From Chlorokybus atmophyticus (Eukaryota; Plantae; Mesostigma and Chlorokybus algae), in NCBI GenBank assembly GCA_009103225.1, contig RHPI01003762.1, positions 216,956 to 267,477 of the forward strand: a DNA stretch of 50,522 nucleotides, read 5' to 3'. This document shows positions 50,442 to 50,522 of this stretch, in pieces. Each line of letters starts with the position of its first letter. The first letter of the stretch is position 1. A program made the position numbers and the translations under genes. Under the pieces are notes generated by a model. The model had not been told where the DNA came from. It saw only the letters and a list, made by a program, of their open reading frames with translations, and searched no databases.

Positions 50442-50522
50442 GGTTAGGGTTAGGGTTAGGGTTAGGGTTAGGGTTAGGGTTAGGGTTAGGGTTAGGGTTA
50501 GGGTTAGGGTTAGGGTTAGGGT
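50440..50522 (+). repeat. Terminal telomere array (TTAGGG)n
   Basis: Uninterrupted repeats to the end of the window; G-strand points outward. Confidence 0.97.

Overview
Eukaryotic, repeat-dominated subtelomeric window that ends in a (TTAGGG)n telomere. The source is probably a green-lineage alga (inference from the plant-type ABCG/PDR gene, GT-AG introns and a tRNA-iMet-primed chromovirus); the species cannot be assigned from the sequence. Layout: (1) 1-9730, the right part of a CACTA/EnSpm DNA transposon with a disrupted minus-strand transposase and a convergent spliced gene for a coiled-coil protein ending in a KEN/HEPN-like RNase motif; the element carries many copies of TTGACAGTC. (2) About 9971-20478, a decayed Ty3/Gypsy element carrying a cytosine-methyltransferase remnant and a PHD finger, with a split direct-repeat layout (A..B A B) instead of a simple LTR pair. 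(3) 20.5-27.2 kb, low-complexity DNA, an interstitial telomere tract and a tRNA-like remnant. (4) 27.2-38.9 kb, two diverged fragments of a Mutator-like (DUF6729-type) transposase with long AG/CT microsatellites and unidentified gene remnants. (5) 38946-46288, a full-length chromovirus (about 98% identical LTRs, GCATG TSD, PBS, PPT) with a degenerate adenine-methyltransferase-like insert between gag and protease. (6) 48596-50426, the 3' half of a PDR-type ABC transporter gene, cut inside NBD2, joined to a 22-bp fold-back copy and capped directly by telomere. All family assignments come from motif recognition by eye; no searches were run.
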